NCBI GenBank assembly: GCA_963666975.2
Contig: CAXVYR010000003.1
Span: forward strand, 1,216,001 to 1,280,000
DNA from: Terriglobia bacterium
GTDB taxonomy: Bacteria; Acidobacteriota; Terriglobia; 2-12-FULL-54-10
Direction: 5' to 3'
Length of the DNA stretch: 64,000 nt
Part shown: in pieces, positions 31,503 through 41,187 of the stretch
Numbering within the stretch: position 1 is the first letter of the stretch
Layout: every line of letters begins with the position of its first letter
Translations under genes and position numbers: made by a program
The notes under the pieces: generated by a model
What the model was told of the DNA's origin: nothing
Databases searched by the model: none
What the model saw: the letters and a program-made list of their open reading frames with translations, nothing else

Positions 31503-31531
31503 TTGACAGGCTAAAGGGGTAATGTTAGACC
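31503..31531 (+). promoter_or_regulatory. Sigma70-like promoter of the gntR-ubiX operon (possibly leaderless)
   Basis: TTGACA-17 nt-TAGACC with TG extension, ending 7 nt before the ATG. No SD sequence. Confidence 0.5.
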
Positions 31532-31538
31532 TTTAACC

Positions 31539-32309
31539 ATGCACCGCTTCCAAAGCCTCCAGACCGCCCGCGTTTCCGACGAAATTGCCCGCCAAATCCG
31601 GCAGGTCATTTTCTCCGGCAAGCTGAAACCGGGAGACAAGCTGCCCACCGAGCGGGAGTTGGTGGAACAATTTCACAGCAGCCGCGTCTCTGTGCGCGAA
31701 GCTGTGCGCTCCCTGGAGCACTTGGGTTTGATCAAAATCAAGCGGGGCGCCGGAGGCGGGACCTACATCAGCGAGGCAAACCACCGGCCCGTAGCCGAAT
31801 CGTTTCGGGTGCGGATGCAGTTGAACAAGGGCACGGTGGATCATTTGACTGAGGCGCGCATCTTGCTGGAGCCCGCGGTGTGCCGTCTCGCCGCCAAGCA
31901 CGCCGACGCCAAGGACCTCGATCGTCTCAAGAAAACCGTGGAGGAGCAGGAAATGCTGGTCCGGGAAGGCAGAGAGGTTGCCTCCTACGATTTGAAATTT
32001 CACCGTCTCCTTTTCGAGGCTGCGCACAACCCCGTTCTGGAGCTCACTACGGTCTCTATCATCGACCTGCTGACCAGCGCGTTAGAACAGGCGCATGTTG
32101 GCGGCAACCTGACCTCGCATGTGGTAAATTTTCACCGGGCGATTTACAATGCTCTTTCGGAGAGGAACGGAGACCGCGCCGCAGGGCTGATGAACGATCA
32201 TGTGGCCGACATTCAAAAGCGACTGCGCCCGGTTTTGATCAAGGGCCGGGGGGCAGCGGCTTTGGTTACCATCCCACCGCGCTTGCGGGAAACATCTTGG
32301 AATCAATAG
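31539..32309 (+). CDS. GntR/FadR family transcriptional regulator
   Basis: LKPGDKLPTEREL..SRVSVREA wHTH; FCD domain DLKFH..AAHN, FH..IY..MNDH. Confidence 0.93.
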   Translation: MHRFQSLQTARVSDEIARQIRQVIFSGKLKPGDKLPTERELVEQFHSSRVSVREAVRSLEHLGLIKIKRGAGGGTYISEANHRPVAESFRVRMQLNKGTVDHLTEARILLEPAVCRLAAKHADAKDLDRLKKTVEEQEMLVREGREVASYDLKFHRLLFEAAHNPVLELTTVSIIDLLTSALEQAHVGGNLTSHVVNFHRAIYNALSERNGDRAAGLMNDHVADIQKRLRPVLIKGRGAAALVTIPPRLRETSWNQ

Positions 32310-32316
32310 GTCACAA

Positions 32317-32943
32317 ATGACTGGGGAAAATTTGCAAGGGGACCCCGCAACACCGGCCCGCGAAAAGCAACCCAAAAGGCTCATTGTGGGGATATCCGGA
32401 GCCACCGGCGCGATTTACGGCATTCGTCTGTTGCAGATACTGAAGACGACACCGGAAGTGGAGACGCATCTGGTCATGTCCAAGGCTGCGGAACGAACTA
32501 TCGCCTTCGAAACTCCTCTGACCATCAAGGAAGTTCAGGCGCTGGCAGATGTAACTTACAACGTCCAAGACATCGGGGCCACCATCTCCAGCGGTTCCTT
32601 CCATGTGGGGGGAATGATTGTCGCTCCCTGCTCCATGAAGACACTGGCGGCAGTGGCCAACTCCTATACTACCGACCTGCTGAGCCGTTCTGCGGACGTC
32701 ACCTTAAAAGAAGGCCGCCGACTGGTCCTGATGGTCCGGGAGACTCCGCTGCACCTGGGCCATCTCAGACTGATGGTGCAGGCAGCCGAGATTGGGGCCA
32801 CCATTGTTCCGCCGGTTCCCGCTTTTTACAATTTTCCGAAGACGCTGGACGACATCATCAACCACACCGTAGGCCGCACTCTGGACCTGTTTCATCTGGA
32901 TGTAGAATTGGTCAAGCGATGGCGCGGGATGGCCCAAAAGTGA
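32317..32943 (+). CDS. ubiX: Flavin prenyltransferase
   Basis: VGISGATGAIYG, ISSGSF, APCSMKTL, ADVTLKEGR, RETPL and PPVPAFY motifs. Confidence 0.96.
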   Translation: MTGENLQGDPATPAREKQPKRLIVGISGATGAIYGIRLLQILKTTPEVETHLVMSKAAERTIAFETPLTIKEVQALADVTYNVQDIGATISSGSFHVGGMIVAPCSMKTLAAVANSYTTDLLSRSADVTLKEGRRLVLMVRETPLHLGHLRLMVQAAEIGATIVPPVPAFYNFPKTLDDIINHTVGRTLDLFHLDVELVKRWRGMAQK

Positions 32944-33030
32944 GTCGCGTCCTCCTGAAAACCGCCGCCAAGCGGCGGGAGCTTCTGCGAGACTTCTGGA
33001 CTGACCGTGCAGGAAGCTGCTTCCGGCAAC

Positions 33031-33426
33031 ATGAAGATTGAGGGTTGGCTGCAAAGCGGCATCGGCCGAGGAGCGCAGTTCCTTGCCCTGGAATGGGTGC
33101 AGAAGGATCTGCGCGAGAAACTAAACCTAATTCCCTTCCCAGGCACTCTCAACTTACAGGTGTCCCCGGAAGCTCGCAGTGCTTTATACGCTCAGCGGGA
33201 AGGTTTTCTCAAAATTGCCGATCCTTCCGCGCCGGAGTGCCCCGGTTATGTCACGCGAGTGATTCTTCAGCGCGGAGAACGTTCCTACCGATTCGCCTAC
33301 TTGATTCTTCCGGAGCTTACGATGTATAAGGACGTGCTGGAAATCATCGCCGAGGATAACTTGCGGGAGAAACTCAATTTGAAGGACGGGGACAAAGTGC
33401 AAGTGGAGGATATCCTCGAACGGTAA
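33031..33426 (+). CDS. Archaeal-type CTP-dependent riboflavin kinase (DUF120 family)
   Basis: G..QSGIGRGAQF, PFPGTLNL and LEIIAEDNLREKLNLKDGDKV match the CTP-dependent RFK signature. Confidence 0.82.
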   Translation: MKIEGWLQSGIGRGAQFLALEWVQKDLREKLNLIPFPGTLNLQVSPEARSALYAQREGFLKIADPSAPECPGYVTRVILQRGERSYRFAYLILPELTMYKDVLEIIAEDNLREKLNLKDGDKVQVEDILER

Positions 33427-33515
33427 GTCATCTCCCAAGCAACCCGATGAGCGTCCGCTTGCACGGAAAGCCGGGCACACGCTAAAGCTCCAACAACAAA
33501 GGCAGGTGAGACATC

Positions 33516-35126
33516 ATGGCTTCTGCATCTTCCTCTTCCGAAGTAACTCCCACGATCCAAGTTCCGGACCCGCTTAACATCGCCTCTTACTTTATAGACC
33601 GCAATCTGGAATTGGGGCGGGGCAATAACATTGCCATCTATGAAGAGAACCGTCAGCTCAACTATTCTCAGTTAGCGGAGATGGTCAACCGGACCGGAAA
33701 CGCCTTGCGCTCTTTGGGAATCGACGCTGAAAACCGGGTTCTGATGGCTGTGCCGGACTCTGCAGAGTTCGTGGCTACTTTCTTCGGGGCCGCCAAGACC
33801 GGTGCCGTGCCCATTCCTGTGAACACGGCCGCCCGCCCGGACGATTACCTCTATTTTCTGAATGACAGCGGGGCCCGTGCACTCGTTGTGCATGAAGATC
33901 TGTTGCCGCAACTGCAAGGGATTCTTCCCCAGGTTCCCTGCCTGCGCCAATTGATCCTTGTTGGGCCGTCTTCCAGCAAGCCGGGAGCGGCCTCCCCGGA
34001 GAATCCATCCGGGACAACCTATAGCTGCCACTCTTTTACAAAGCTGCTGGAGCAATCCTCTCCTGCCCTCGAGGCCGAACCTACCTCGAAGGACGATATC
34101 GCTTTCCTGCTCTACACTTCCGGAAGCACCGGCGGACCCAAAGGCGCCGTGCATTTGCAGCATGACATGCTGTTTTCCACCGAACTCTACGCCCGTTCAA
34201 TCCTGAAAATTGCGGAGCAAGACATTGCCTTTTCGGCGAGTAAACTGTTTTTTGCTTACGGGCTGGGAAACGGCATGTATTTCCCCTTTTCCGTGGGGGG
34301 CGCGGCCGTCTTGAATCCACACCGCCCCAAACCGGAGACCATCTTTGACTATATCGAAAAGTTCCGCCCGACTCTCTTCTTTGGGGTTCCGACGCTGTTC
34401 TCCTCCATGTTGCAGATACCCGAGAAGAAAGACTTGAGCAGCATCCGCTTTGCCGTCTCAGCGGGCGAGGCCCTGCCTGCCGAAATTTTCCAGCGTTTCC
34501 AGGAGCAATTCGGCGTGACGATCCTCGACGGCATCGGTTCCACCGAGATGCTGCACATCTTTATCTCCAACCGGCCCGGCGATGCCCGGCCCGGCAGCAC
34601 CGGAAAATTGGTTCCCGGCTACGAGGCAAAGATTGTGGATGACGACGACAGGGAGGTTCCGCAGGGGGAAATCGGAAACCTCTGGGTCAAGGGAGACAGC
34701 GCCGCCGCCTTCTACTGGAGAAAGCAGGAACTCACGAAGCGCACGATGATCGGCGAATGGCTGGTCACCGGTGACAAGTACACCGTCGATGAGAAAGGTT
34801 ACTTCTGCTATTGCGGCAGGGCTGATGACATGCTCAAGGTCGCCGGCCAGTGGGTCTCACCGGCGGAGGTGGAAAACGCCCTGCTCGGTTTCCCGGGAGT
34901 TCTGGAAACCGCTGTCATCGGCTTGGAAGACAACGACGGGTTGGTGAAGCCAAAAGCATTTCTCGTGATGAACCAGCAAGCTGAAGCCGGCACGGAGGAA
35001 TCGCTGCGGAAGTTTCTTAAGGGAAAATTGCGCGGCTACAAATGCCCGCACTGGTTTGAGTTTGTCCAGGAACTGCCCAAAACGCCTACCGGAAAGATTC
35101 AGCGTTTCAAACTTCGGGCTCGGTAA
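33516..35126 (+). CDS. Benzoate-CoA ligase family protein
   Basis: LYTSGSTGGPKG, KLFFAYGLGN, SAGEALP, ILDGIGSTEMLHIFISN, TGKIQRFKLR. Confidence 0.93.
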   Translation: MASASSSSEVTPTIQVPDPLNIASYFIDRNLELGRGNNIAIYEENRQLNYSQLAEMVNRTGNALRSLGIDAENRVLMAVPDSAEFVATFFGAAKTGAVPIPVNTAARPDDYLYFLNDSGARALVVHEDLLPQLQGILPQVPCLRQLILVGPSSSKPGAASPENPSGTTYSCHSFTKLLEQSSPALEAEPTSKDDIAFLLYTSGSTGGPKGAVHLQHDMLFSTELYARSILKIAEQDIAFSASKLFFAYGLGNGMYFPFSVGGAAVLNPHRPKPETIFDYIEKFRPTLFFGVPTLFSSMLQIPEKKDLSSIRFAVSAGEALPAEIFQRFQEQFGVTILDGIGSTEMLHIFISNRPGDARPGSTGKLVPGYEAKIVDDDDREVPQGEIGNLWVKGDSAAAFYWRKQELTKRTMIGEWLVTGDKYTVDEKGYFCYCGRADDMLKVAGQWVSPAEVENALLGFPGVLETAVIGLEDNDGLVKPKAFLVMNQQAEAGTEESLRKFLKGKLRGYKCPHWFEFVQELPKTPTGKIQRFKLRAR

Positions 35127-35234
35127 TTGGCTGATCGGAGGACCGGAGCAGCCTTTTGCGTTCTGCAAAGGCCCGCACGATAGAGGTCCGAAAAACGGCT
35201 GCCGTGGCGGTGATTGTGGTGAAAGGACCCGCGC

Positions 35235-35819
35235 TTACTGCTTCCTGCCCATATTCATGACGAGCCCGAAGCTCAGGCGCGCTCCTTCTGTCTTCGCCCC
35301 GGTTCCCAGGTCATCACCCCCTCTGAAGATGAGGTAGTCCACCTGAAGCAGCCGAATGGAGGCGGATTCATTGATCTTCAGGTCTATGCCTCCGCCAAAA
35401 AATCCGGTGAAACCCACAGTGCTTTCGGAAAAAGCTTGGGTCGAAACAGGGCCTTCCAGCGTCCCTTTGACCCTCAGGCGGGTGGCGCCGAGCAAAGCGT
35501 GGACGAAAACATTCCAGCGATCATTGATCCTCTCGCCTGCCCGCGGACCAACCACAAAAGAAAGCGTGCGGAAATCGACATCGGAGCTCAGGCCAAAAAC
35601 GCGCTCATTCGAAGAGCCGAAGTTACCGCTGAAGTCGGTCACAATCGCGAGGTTCCGGTTGATGTTGGTTCCCAGGGAAACATTGACCCCATGCAGGTTT
35701 GTTTTCTCCATGCGGAGAAGTGAATATCCAGTGAACAATTCTGCTTTCGGTATCTCTTGAGCTATTAAGGACAGCGGGAGCAGAACCAAAACCCCGGTTA
35801 TCAAGACCAACTTCCTCAT
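35235..35819 (-). CDS. Outer membrane beta-barrel protein
   Basis: Signal peptide, PKAELFTGYS, amphipathic strands, GGGIDL..IRLLQVDY. Confidence 0.8.
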   Translation of the reverse strand: MRKLVLITGVLVLLPLSLIAQEIPKAELFTGYSLLRMEKTNLHGVNVSLGTNINRNLAIVTDFSGNFGSSNERVFGLSSDVDFRTLSFVVGPRAGERINDRWNVFVHALLGATRLRVKGTLEGPVSTQAFSESTVGFTGFFGGGIDLKINESASIRLLQVDYLIFRGGDDLGTGAKTEGARLSFGLVMNMGRKQ

Positions 35820-36050
35820 ATAGAGGTGACCTCCTAATATTTTTGGCCTGGAAACCTGACTCTCGGGTTCTTAATACCAGGCGCCTTTCCCAACTACCCC
35901 AACTTTCACGGCCACGTCTAGGCCGCAGTTCATCGTAAGAGGGCTGCACGAAAACTGCAAGAATGTGCCCCGTCAGGGCTTGTTGGACAGGTAGAGGGTA
36001 ATAGTTAAGGTGATGTTTTTGGCTCATCGTAGAGACTGAAAGGAACGAAG

Positions 36051-36422
36051 ATGAGACAAAAACAAGACGACAGGGGGGCGGTCGAGAAGGCCGTCCGGGA
36101 GATCAAACGCAGGACGCGGCGCAGGTTCAGCCCGGAAGACAAAATCCGCATTGTATTGCAGGGACTTCGCGGCGAGGACAGCATCGCGGAGCTGTGCCGC
36201 CGCGAGGGGCTGCACCAGAACCAGTATTACCGCTGGAGCAAGGAGTTTCTGGAGGCTGGCCGCAAGCGGCTGGCGGGCGACATAGACCGTGAGGCAACCA
36301 GTGGCGAAGTCAAGACTCTGCGGGAGCAGGCCGTACAGCTGAAAGAGGCCCTGGCCGAGGCTATGCTGGAAAATCGCCTGCTAAAAAAAAGCGTGATCGG
36401 GGATGGGGAGGAACATACATGA
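36051..36422 (+). CDS. IS3 transposase OrfA
   Basis: HTH (SIAELCRREGL..YYRW). A8G slippery site at 36383-36391; the -1 frame is open into OrfB. Confidence 0.92.
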   Translation: MRQKQDDRGAVEKAVREIKRRTRRRFSPEDKIRIVLQGLRGEDSIAELCRREGLHQNQYYRWSKEFLEAGRKRLAGDIDREATSGEVKTLREQAVQLKEALAEAMLENRLLKKSVIGDGEEHT

Positions 36423-37414
36423 GATACCCTGCCTCGGAGAAGCTGGAGATCATCTGCACGGTGGAGCAATCTGCCCTGGGGGTGCGCCGGACGCTGCAGC
36501 AGGTTGGCATTCCCAGATCGACGTTTTACAACTGGTACGACCGCTATGTGTCGGAAGGCTTTGATGGGCTGGAAGACAAAAAACCCGATCCTGGCCCTGT
36601 CTGGAACAAGGTGCCGGAGGAGATAACTCAGCAGTTGGTGACGTTAGCCCTGGCCGAGCCCGATCTGTCGTCACGCGAGCTGGCGGTGCGTTTTACCGAG
36701 GAAAGGCGGTATTACCTTTCTGAATCGACGGTTTACCGCGTCCTGAAAAGCCATGACCTGATTACCGCGCCAGCCTTTATTGTCCTGAAAGCGGCGGAAC
36801 GGTTCGCCAACCCGACCACGGCGGTCAACCAGCTCTGGCAGACCGACTTCACCTACCTGAAAGTCATCGGTTGGGGCTGGTTCTACCTGTCCACGGTGCT
36901 GGACGACTTCTCGCGCTATATCATCGCCTGGCGGCTGTGCAAAACCATGAGCGCAAGTGACGTCTCGGCCACGTTGCGGGATGCTTTGCAAGCCACCGGC
37001 CTCGACCGCGTGGGCGCCCGGCACAGACCTCGCCTCCTGAGCGACAACGGGCCGTGCTACGTCTCTTCCGAACTGCAATCATGGCTGGCAGAAAACAGCG
37101 TGCCGCATACTCGCGGCAAGCCCTATCACCCCATGACGCAGGGCAAGATCGAACGCTGGCACCGAACTCTGAAAGACCGCATCCTGCTCAACAACTATTA
37201 CCTGCCAGAAGAGCTGGAGCGGCAGATCGATGCCTTCGTCAACCACTACAACACCAACCGATACCATGAAAGATACCATGAAAGCCTGAACAACCTGACA
37301 CCGTATGACGTTTTTACAGGCCAAGGCAGTGCCATCCTGCAAAAACGGGATCGCATCAAAGAGAAAACTATGATCTTAAGAAAACGGTTGCACTTCAAAA
37401 GAAGGGCAGCCTAA
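36419..37414 (+). CDS. IS3 transposase OrfB (DDE integrase core)
   Basis: WQTDFTY, LLSDNGPCY and QGKIERWH motifs. In-frame 12-bp duplication RYHERYHE. Confidence 0.93.
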   Translation: MRYPASEKLEIICTVEQSALGVRRTLQQVGIPRSTFYNWYDRYVSEGFDGLEDKKPDPGPVWNKVPEEITQQLVTLALAEPDLSSRELAVRFTEERRYYLSESTVYRVLKSHDLITAPAFIVLKAAERFANPTTAVNQLWQTDFTYLKVIGWGWFYLSTVLDDFSRYIIAWRLCKTMSASDVSATLRDALQATGLDRVGARHRPRLLSDNGPCYVSSELQSWLAENSVPHTRGKPYHPMTQGKIERWHRTLKDRILLNNYYLPEELERQIDAFVNHYNTNRYHERYHESLNNLTPYDVFTGQGSAILQKRDRIKEKTMILRKRLHFKRRAA

Positions 37415-37827
37415 CATCAACCCAGAGGAGCCTGAACGCCACCTTATCTTTTTATGCTCTGTGTCCAACATTATCTGACGACGTACAAACTTGCGATGTT
37501 TGCTCCCCCTTTCGCGTCTTCCCCATCCTATCATGAACTTACCCTCCTGCAGGTGTTATCAAGGCTTGAATAGGAAACGGAAGTTCTCTGCCAAATAGAG
37601 TCATCAGATTGCCGAAAACCGAGGGCTGTTTTTTTACAGAGCAGGTTTGCAGGAAGCCTGAAGGGAAACGTAAAAGAAAACGAGCTACAACAAAGCAGGA
37701 AAGTAAGGATCGGACGAATGAGATAGAGAAGCTAGAGCAAGTCAAATAGCATCCACGGGGCTTCTTGCAGCGTAATCCGGAGCGCCAATTGCCCCGAGGT
37801 CTCAGTGGAGCTTGAGCCTTAAATTGA

Positions 37828-38037
37828 TTACTGCACCGCCATGGTCACAATGGGACTGCTTTGCCCGGCAACAGTGAGGACCACCGGCACGTCGCTACCG
37901 GCCGTCACGCCGTCGGGAACAACTGCGTTGACTTGGTACAACCCGCTGAATCCAGGGGCCAGCCCGGAGAATTGTACCTGGGCCGAGATTTCTCCGATGG
38001 TCAGCGAAGTAGCATTCACAATCCTGGCAACAGGCAA
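37828..38037 (-). pseudogene. C-terminal remnant of a TIGR03437-type acidobacterial surface protein
   Basis: VQFSGLAPGFSGLYQVNAVVP..VPVVLTVAGQSS is the characteristic C-terminal end. There is no room for the rest of the gene. Confidence 0.7.
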
Positions 38038-38079
38038 ATAGGCTGCTAGCTCACCGTAGCCGGTTCGGCTGTTCCAAGC

Positions 38080-39603
38080 TTACTTTTTCTTCTTTCCCGA
38101 AGTTTTTGGGGATGGCGGAACCGCCAGAGGATTGGCGTTCTCCTCAAAATGGCGGATATCGGGAGGCGGTATCTTCAAACCGAACTCTTGCCAGCGGGAT
38201 AGGAGTTTCTCATAGACCTCGCGCCGCAGCCGGGAGCGCTTGGCAAACTGTTTCAGGTATTTATGCTCCTTGCAGGCATTGATCAGCGCCTTGGAGCCAT
38301 AAGGACGCTCCTCGGGAGGGTTTTTGGTGGGATCAAGGTAAGTGGACCATGTGTTGCGCAGTATATCAATATCCTTGGCGGGATCGGACCGGCTGGACAT
38401 GGCCCATAAAACCTGGTGAATGTCGGTGGGATCAACGTCCTCATCGACCACGATGATGTATTTGGTGTAATAGGCGCCGCCCGGAACCTGGGCAGCGAGG
38501 GCTGCGACCTGCGAGGAATGCCCCGCGTAGCGCTGCTCGACGGAAATCGCCGTGGCACCGAAGCCTCCGGCGGCTTCGGGAAACGAAAAGACACCCTGGA
38601 TGCCGGGAATGCCCAGCCTCTCCATGTCCGCCCAGATGCGTGCCGAGCGCACGACGCTGAACAGCAGGCTCTGCTCGCAGGCCGGATAGTCGGCCATGAG
38701 AGCGCATGTGAGGATAGGGTCCCGGCGATGGCGTATGCACTTCACGTCAATAATAGGGGTCGCAGCCTCCGGGCGGCCATAGTATCCGGAAAACTCCCCA
38801 AACGGGCCCTCCAAGCCTTCGTTTCCAGGGAGCATCTCTCCTTCCAGGATGATCTCGGCGTTGGTGGGAAGCAACAATCCCGTTACGGGGCTCTCAAAAA
38901 CTTCCACGGGTTGATTGATGAGTCCTCCTGCGTAATCATATTCCGACTCCGTCTTCGGCAGCGTCTGGGTGCTGACGGTAAACAACAACGGGTCAGGGCC
39001 GAAAACGGTGGCCACCGGGAAAGGCTTGCCGCGGCTCCAATACCGCTCCGCTTGCAAGCGTGCATCCTTGCCGGGAGACCAATAGACGAACAACTCTTGC
39101 GCGCTTTTGACCATCTGCCGGTAGGTTCCCAGATTCAGGTGCCCATCCTCCAGGTCCCGCGTGATCATCACATCCCACGTGCCGAGGTAACGGCCCCCGT
39201 CCAGGGGCCACATCTTGGGAGCCGGGAACATGGTGATATCCACCTGCTTCCCCTCGATCACATTTTCGTTCACCACGGCGCTGTCGCCGGAAACAACCGT
39301 TGGAGGAAGCTTGCGCCGGAAGTTGGTGCGCACCATATGGATCAGGTCTCTCAGAGGCGTGCCGAGAGGAAGTCCAAACGCCAGCGCGATGCGTTCCTTG
39401 CTGGTCCCGAACAGGTTGTGCAAGGTGCGGAAGCCGGGCGCGGCGTCCTTGAGCTTTTCAAACAGCAGCGCGGGAGCCCCTTCCTGCTGGGCGACCATGT
39501 AGTTCAAGGCCGAGGTCTCCTCATTCCAGTCGAGTTCCTGGGAGATGACCTGCAGCTCTCCCATCTGTTCTACTTGTTGCAGCCAGCTACGCAAGTCGCG
39601 CAT
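38080..39603 (-). CDS. UbiD-family prFMN-dependent (de)carboxylase
   Basis: DGGRY, NLGTYRQMV, EGPFGEFSGYY catalytic motif, IIVVDEDVDP. GGAGG RBS before 39603. Confidence 0.95.
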   Translation of the reverse strand: MRDLRSWLQQVEQMGELQVISQELDWNEETSALNYMVAQQEGAPALLFEKLKDAAPGFRTLHNLFGTSKERIALAFGLPLGTPLRDLIHMVRTNFRRKLPPTVVSGDSAVVNENVIEGKQVDITMFPAPKMWPLDGGRYLGTWDVMITRDLEDGHLNLGTYRQMVKSAQELFVYWSPGKDARLQAERYWSRGKPFPVATVFGPDPLLFTVSTQTLPKTESEYDYAGGLINQPVEVFESPVTGLLLPTNAEIILEGEMLPGNEGLEGPFGEFSGYYGRPEAATPIIDVKCIRHRRDPILTCALMADYPACEQSLLFSVVRSARIWADMERLGIPGIQGVFSFPEAAGGFGATAISVEQRYAGHSSQVAALAAQVPGGAYYTKYIIVVDEDVDPTDIHQVLWAMSSRSDPAKDIDILRNTWSTYLDPTKNPPEERPYGSKALINACKEHKYLKQFAKRSRLRREVYEKLLSRWQEFGLKIPPPDIRHFEENANPLAVPPSPKTSGKKKK

Positions 39604-39816
39604 GCTTCCTCCGTGTGCGGGTGGGTTATGGTTTCGGATCAGCGGCACCGGTGGGATGCTTCACAGGCAAACCCGAACTGATAATCATAATACAGAACGC
39701 CGGCGGGAATCGCGGGGAGGAAAAAGACTAGCGCGAAATTCTTCCTTATGACACCGTTTCCAGTGGTTCCGTGGAATTACTGTGTGGAGACGGCGGAGTT
39801 CTCCGCGAGGATTGCG

Positions 39817-41013
39817 TTATTCCCCATAGGTGATTCGATAAACAGCGTCGGCCCGGTCATCGGAGACATACAGCGCCCCATCCGGACCGCTGAGGACATC
39901 CACCGGGCGTCCCCAGGCCCTGCGCCCTCGCAGCCAGCCCGTGGCAAAGTCCTCCGTCCGGACGGGCTTGCCATCTTCCACAAGCACTCGCACCACCTTG
40001 TAGCCGTCCGGGATACTTCGATTCCAGGAACCGTGCAGCGCCAGGAAAACGTCTCCCTGGTATTCTGCCGGGAAATTGCCGCCCTGATAGAAATCCAGCC
40101 CCAAAGGGGCATTGTGAGCGGGCAGCTCTAACGCCGGCGAAATAGTCTCCCGGCAACGTTCCGCATCTCCATATTCCGGGTCGGGAACATTCTTTCCGTA
40201 ACAATACGGCCAGCCGTAATCGCCGGGCTCCCCAATCACGTTGATCTCCTCGGGCGGAAGATCGTCTCCCAGCCAGTCGCGGCCATTTTCCGTAACCCAC
40301 AGATTTCGGTCCTGCGGGTTCCAGCGCAATCCCACGGCGTTGCGAAGGCCGCTGGCATAGACCTCGCCTTCCCCTCCACCAGCAGGGAACCGCAGGACGG
40401 CCCCGCGCCGCTGGTCCTGCTCCTCACAAACGTTGCAACTGGAGCCGACAGAAACAAACAATTCTCCCTCGAACCCAAACGCGATGGTACGCGAGAAATG
40501 ATTTCCTCCTTGCGGCAGTTCTGGAACCACCACCACGGCCTCGCCCATCCCGAGGGAACGGCCCTGCCGCAAAGCCCCTTCGGCATCGGGAAAGCGCAAC
40601 ACCCGCCCTGTTTCGGCGACATAGAGATCACGGCCACGGAAAGCGAGCCCGTGCGGCGAGTCCACTCCCTCAAGCAGAGCGTACCGATGCGAAGCTCGGC
40701 CCGTTCGCTCGGGGTCGGCCAAAGCCATGACCCGGCCTTCCTCGGTGAGGCTTACCACGAGAACGCCCGACGGACTGAAGGCCATCAAGCGCGCCCCCGG
40801 CAGCTCAGACGCAAACAACGAGATGCGAAAGCCAGCGGGCAGGCGAACCCTGCTGAGATCAATCGGCCCTCCCACAGGGAGCGCGGGGCCGCAACCCGTG
40901 GCGGCAACAACAGCGGCAACAACAGCGACAGCGGCAGCCACACTGCCGGCCAGATGGCTCATCCATTTGGCATGGCGTCCAAAATATCTCGTTGTCTGCG
41001 AAACCATCCTCAT
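39817..41013 (-). CDS. Glucose/sorbosone dehydrogenase-like beta-propeller (probable lipoprotein)
   Basis: SVGSSCNVC, GLRNAVG, NGRDWLGDDLPPEE, YGWPYC and HGSWNRS motifs. AATG-C lipobox-like sequence. Confidence 0.88.
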   Translation of the reverse strand: MRMVSQTTRYFGRHAKWMSHLAGSVAAAVAVVAAVVAATGCGPALPVGGPIDLSRVRLPAGFRISLFASELPGARLMAFSPSGVLVVSLTEEGRVMALADPERTGRASHRYALLEGVDSPHGLAFRGRDLYVAETGRVLRFPDAEGALRQGRSLGMGEAVVVVPELPQGGNHFSRTIAFGFEGELFVSVGSSCNVCEEQDQRRGAVLRFPAGGGEGEVYASGLRNAVGLRWNPQDRNLWVTENGRDWLGDDLPPEEINVIGEPGDYGWPYCYGKNVPDPEYGDAERCRETISPALELPAHNAPLGLDFYQGGNFPAEYQGDVFLALHGSWNRSIPDGYKVVRVLVEDGKPVRTEDFATGWLRGRRAWGRPVDVLSGPDGALYVSDDRADAVYRITYGE

Positions 41014-41187
41014 CGGTGTCCCCGGAGCCTCCTAACGCCGCCGAGTTAACGCGAATCCATGCTCCGGTTTCGGGTTGGTTATTCGTTTTCGGTTGTCGCG
41101 TTTCCCGCTGCGTGCCGGAAATATTGCGACCTCGAATATATCGTAACCTAGGGAAGAAATTCTGCGGAAATCGAGCCGGTATGCAAC

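Larger units (their letters stand above)
35964..37487 (+). mobile_element. IS3-family insertion sequence (~1.52 kb)
   Basis: IRL TGTGCCCCGTCAGGGCTTGTTGGACA vs reverse-complemented IRR TGTACGTCGTCAGATAATGTTGGACA; TG...CA ends; orfA/orfB arrangement. Confidence 0.92.
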
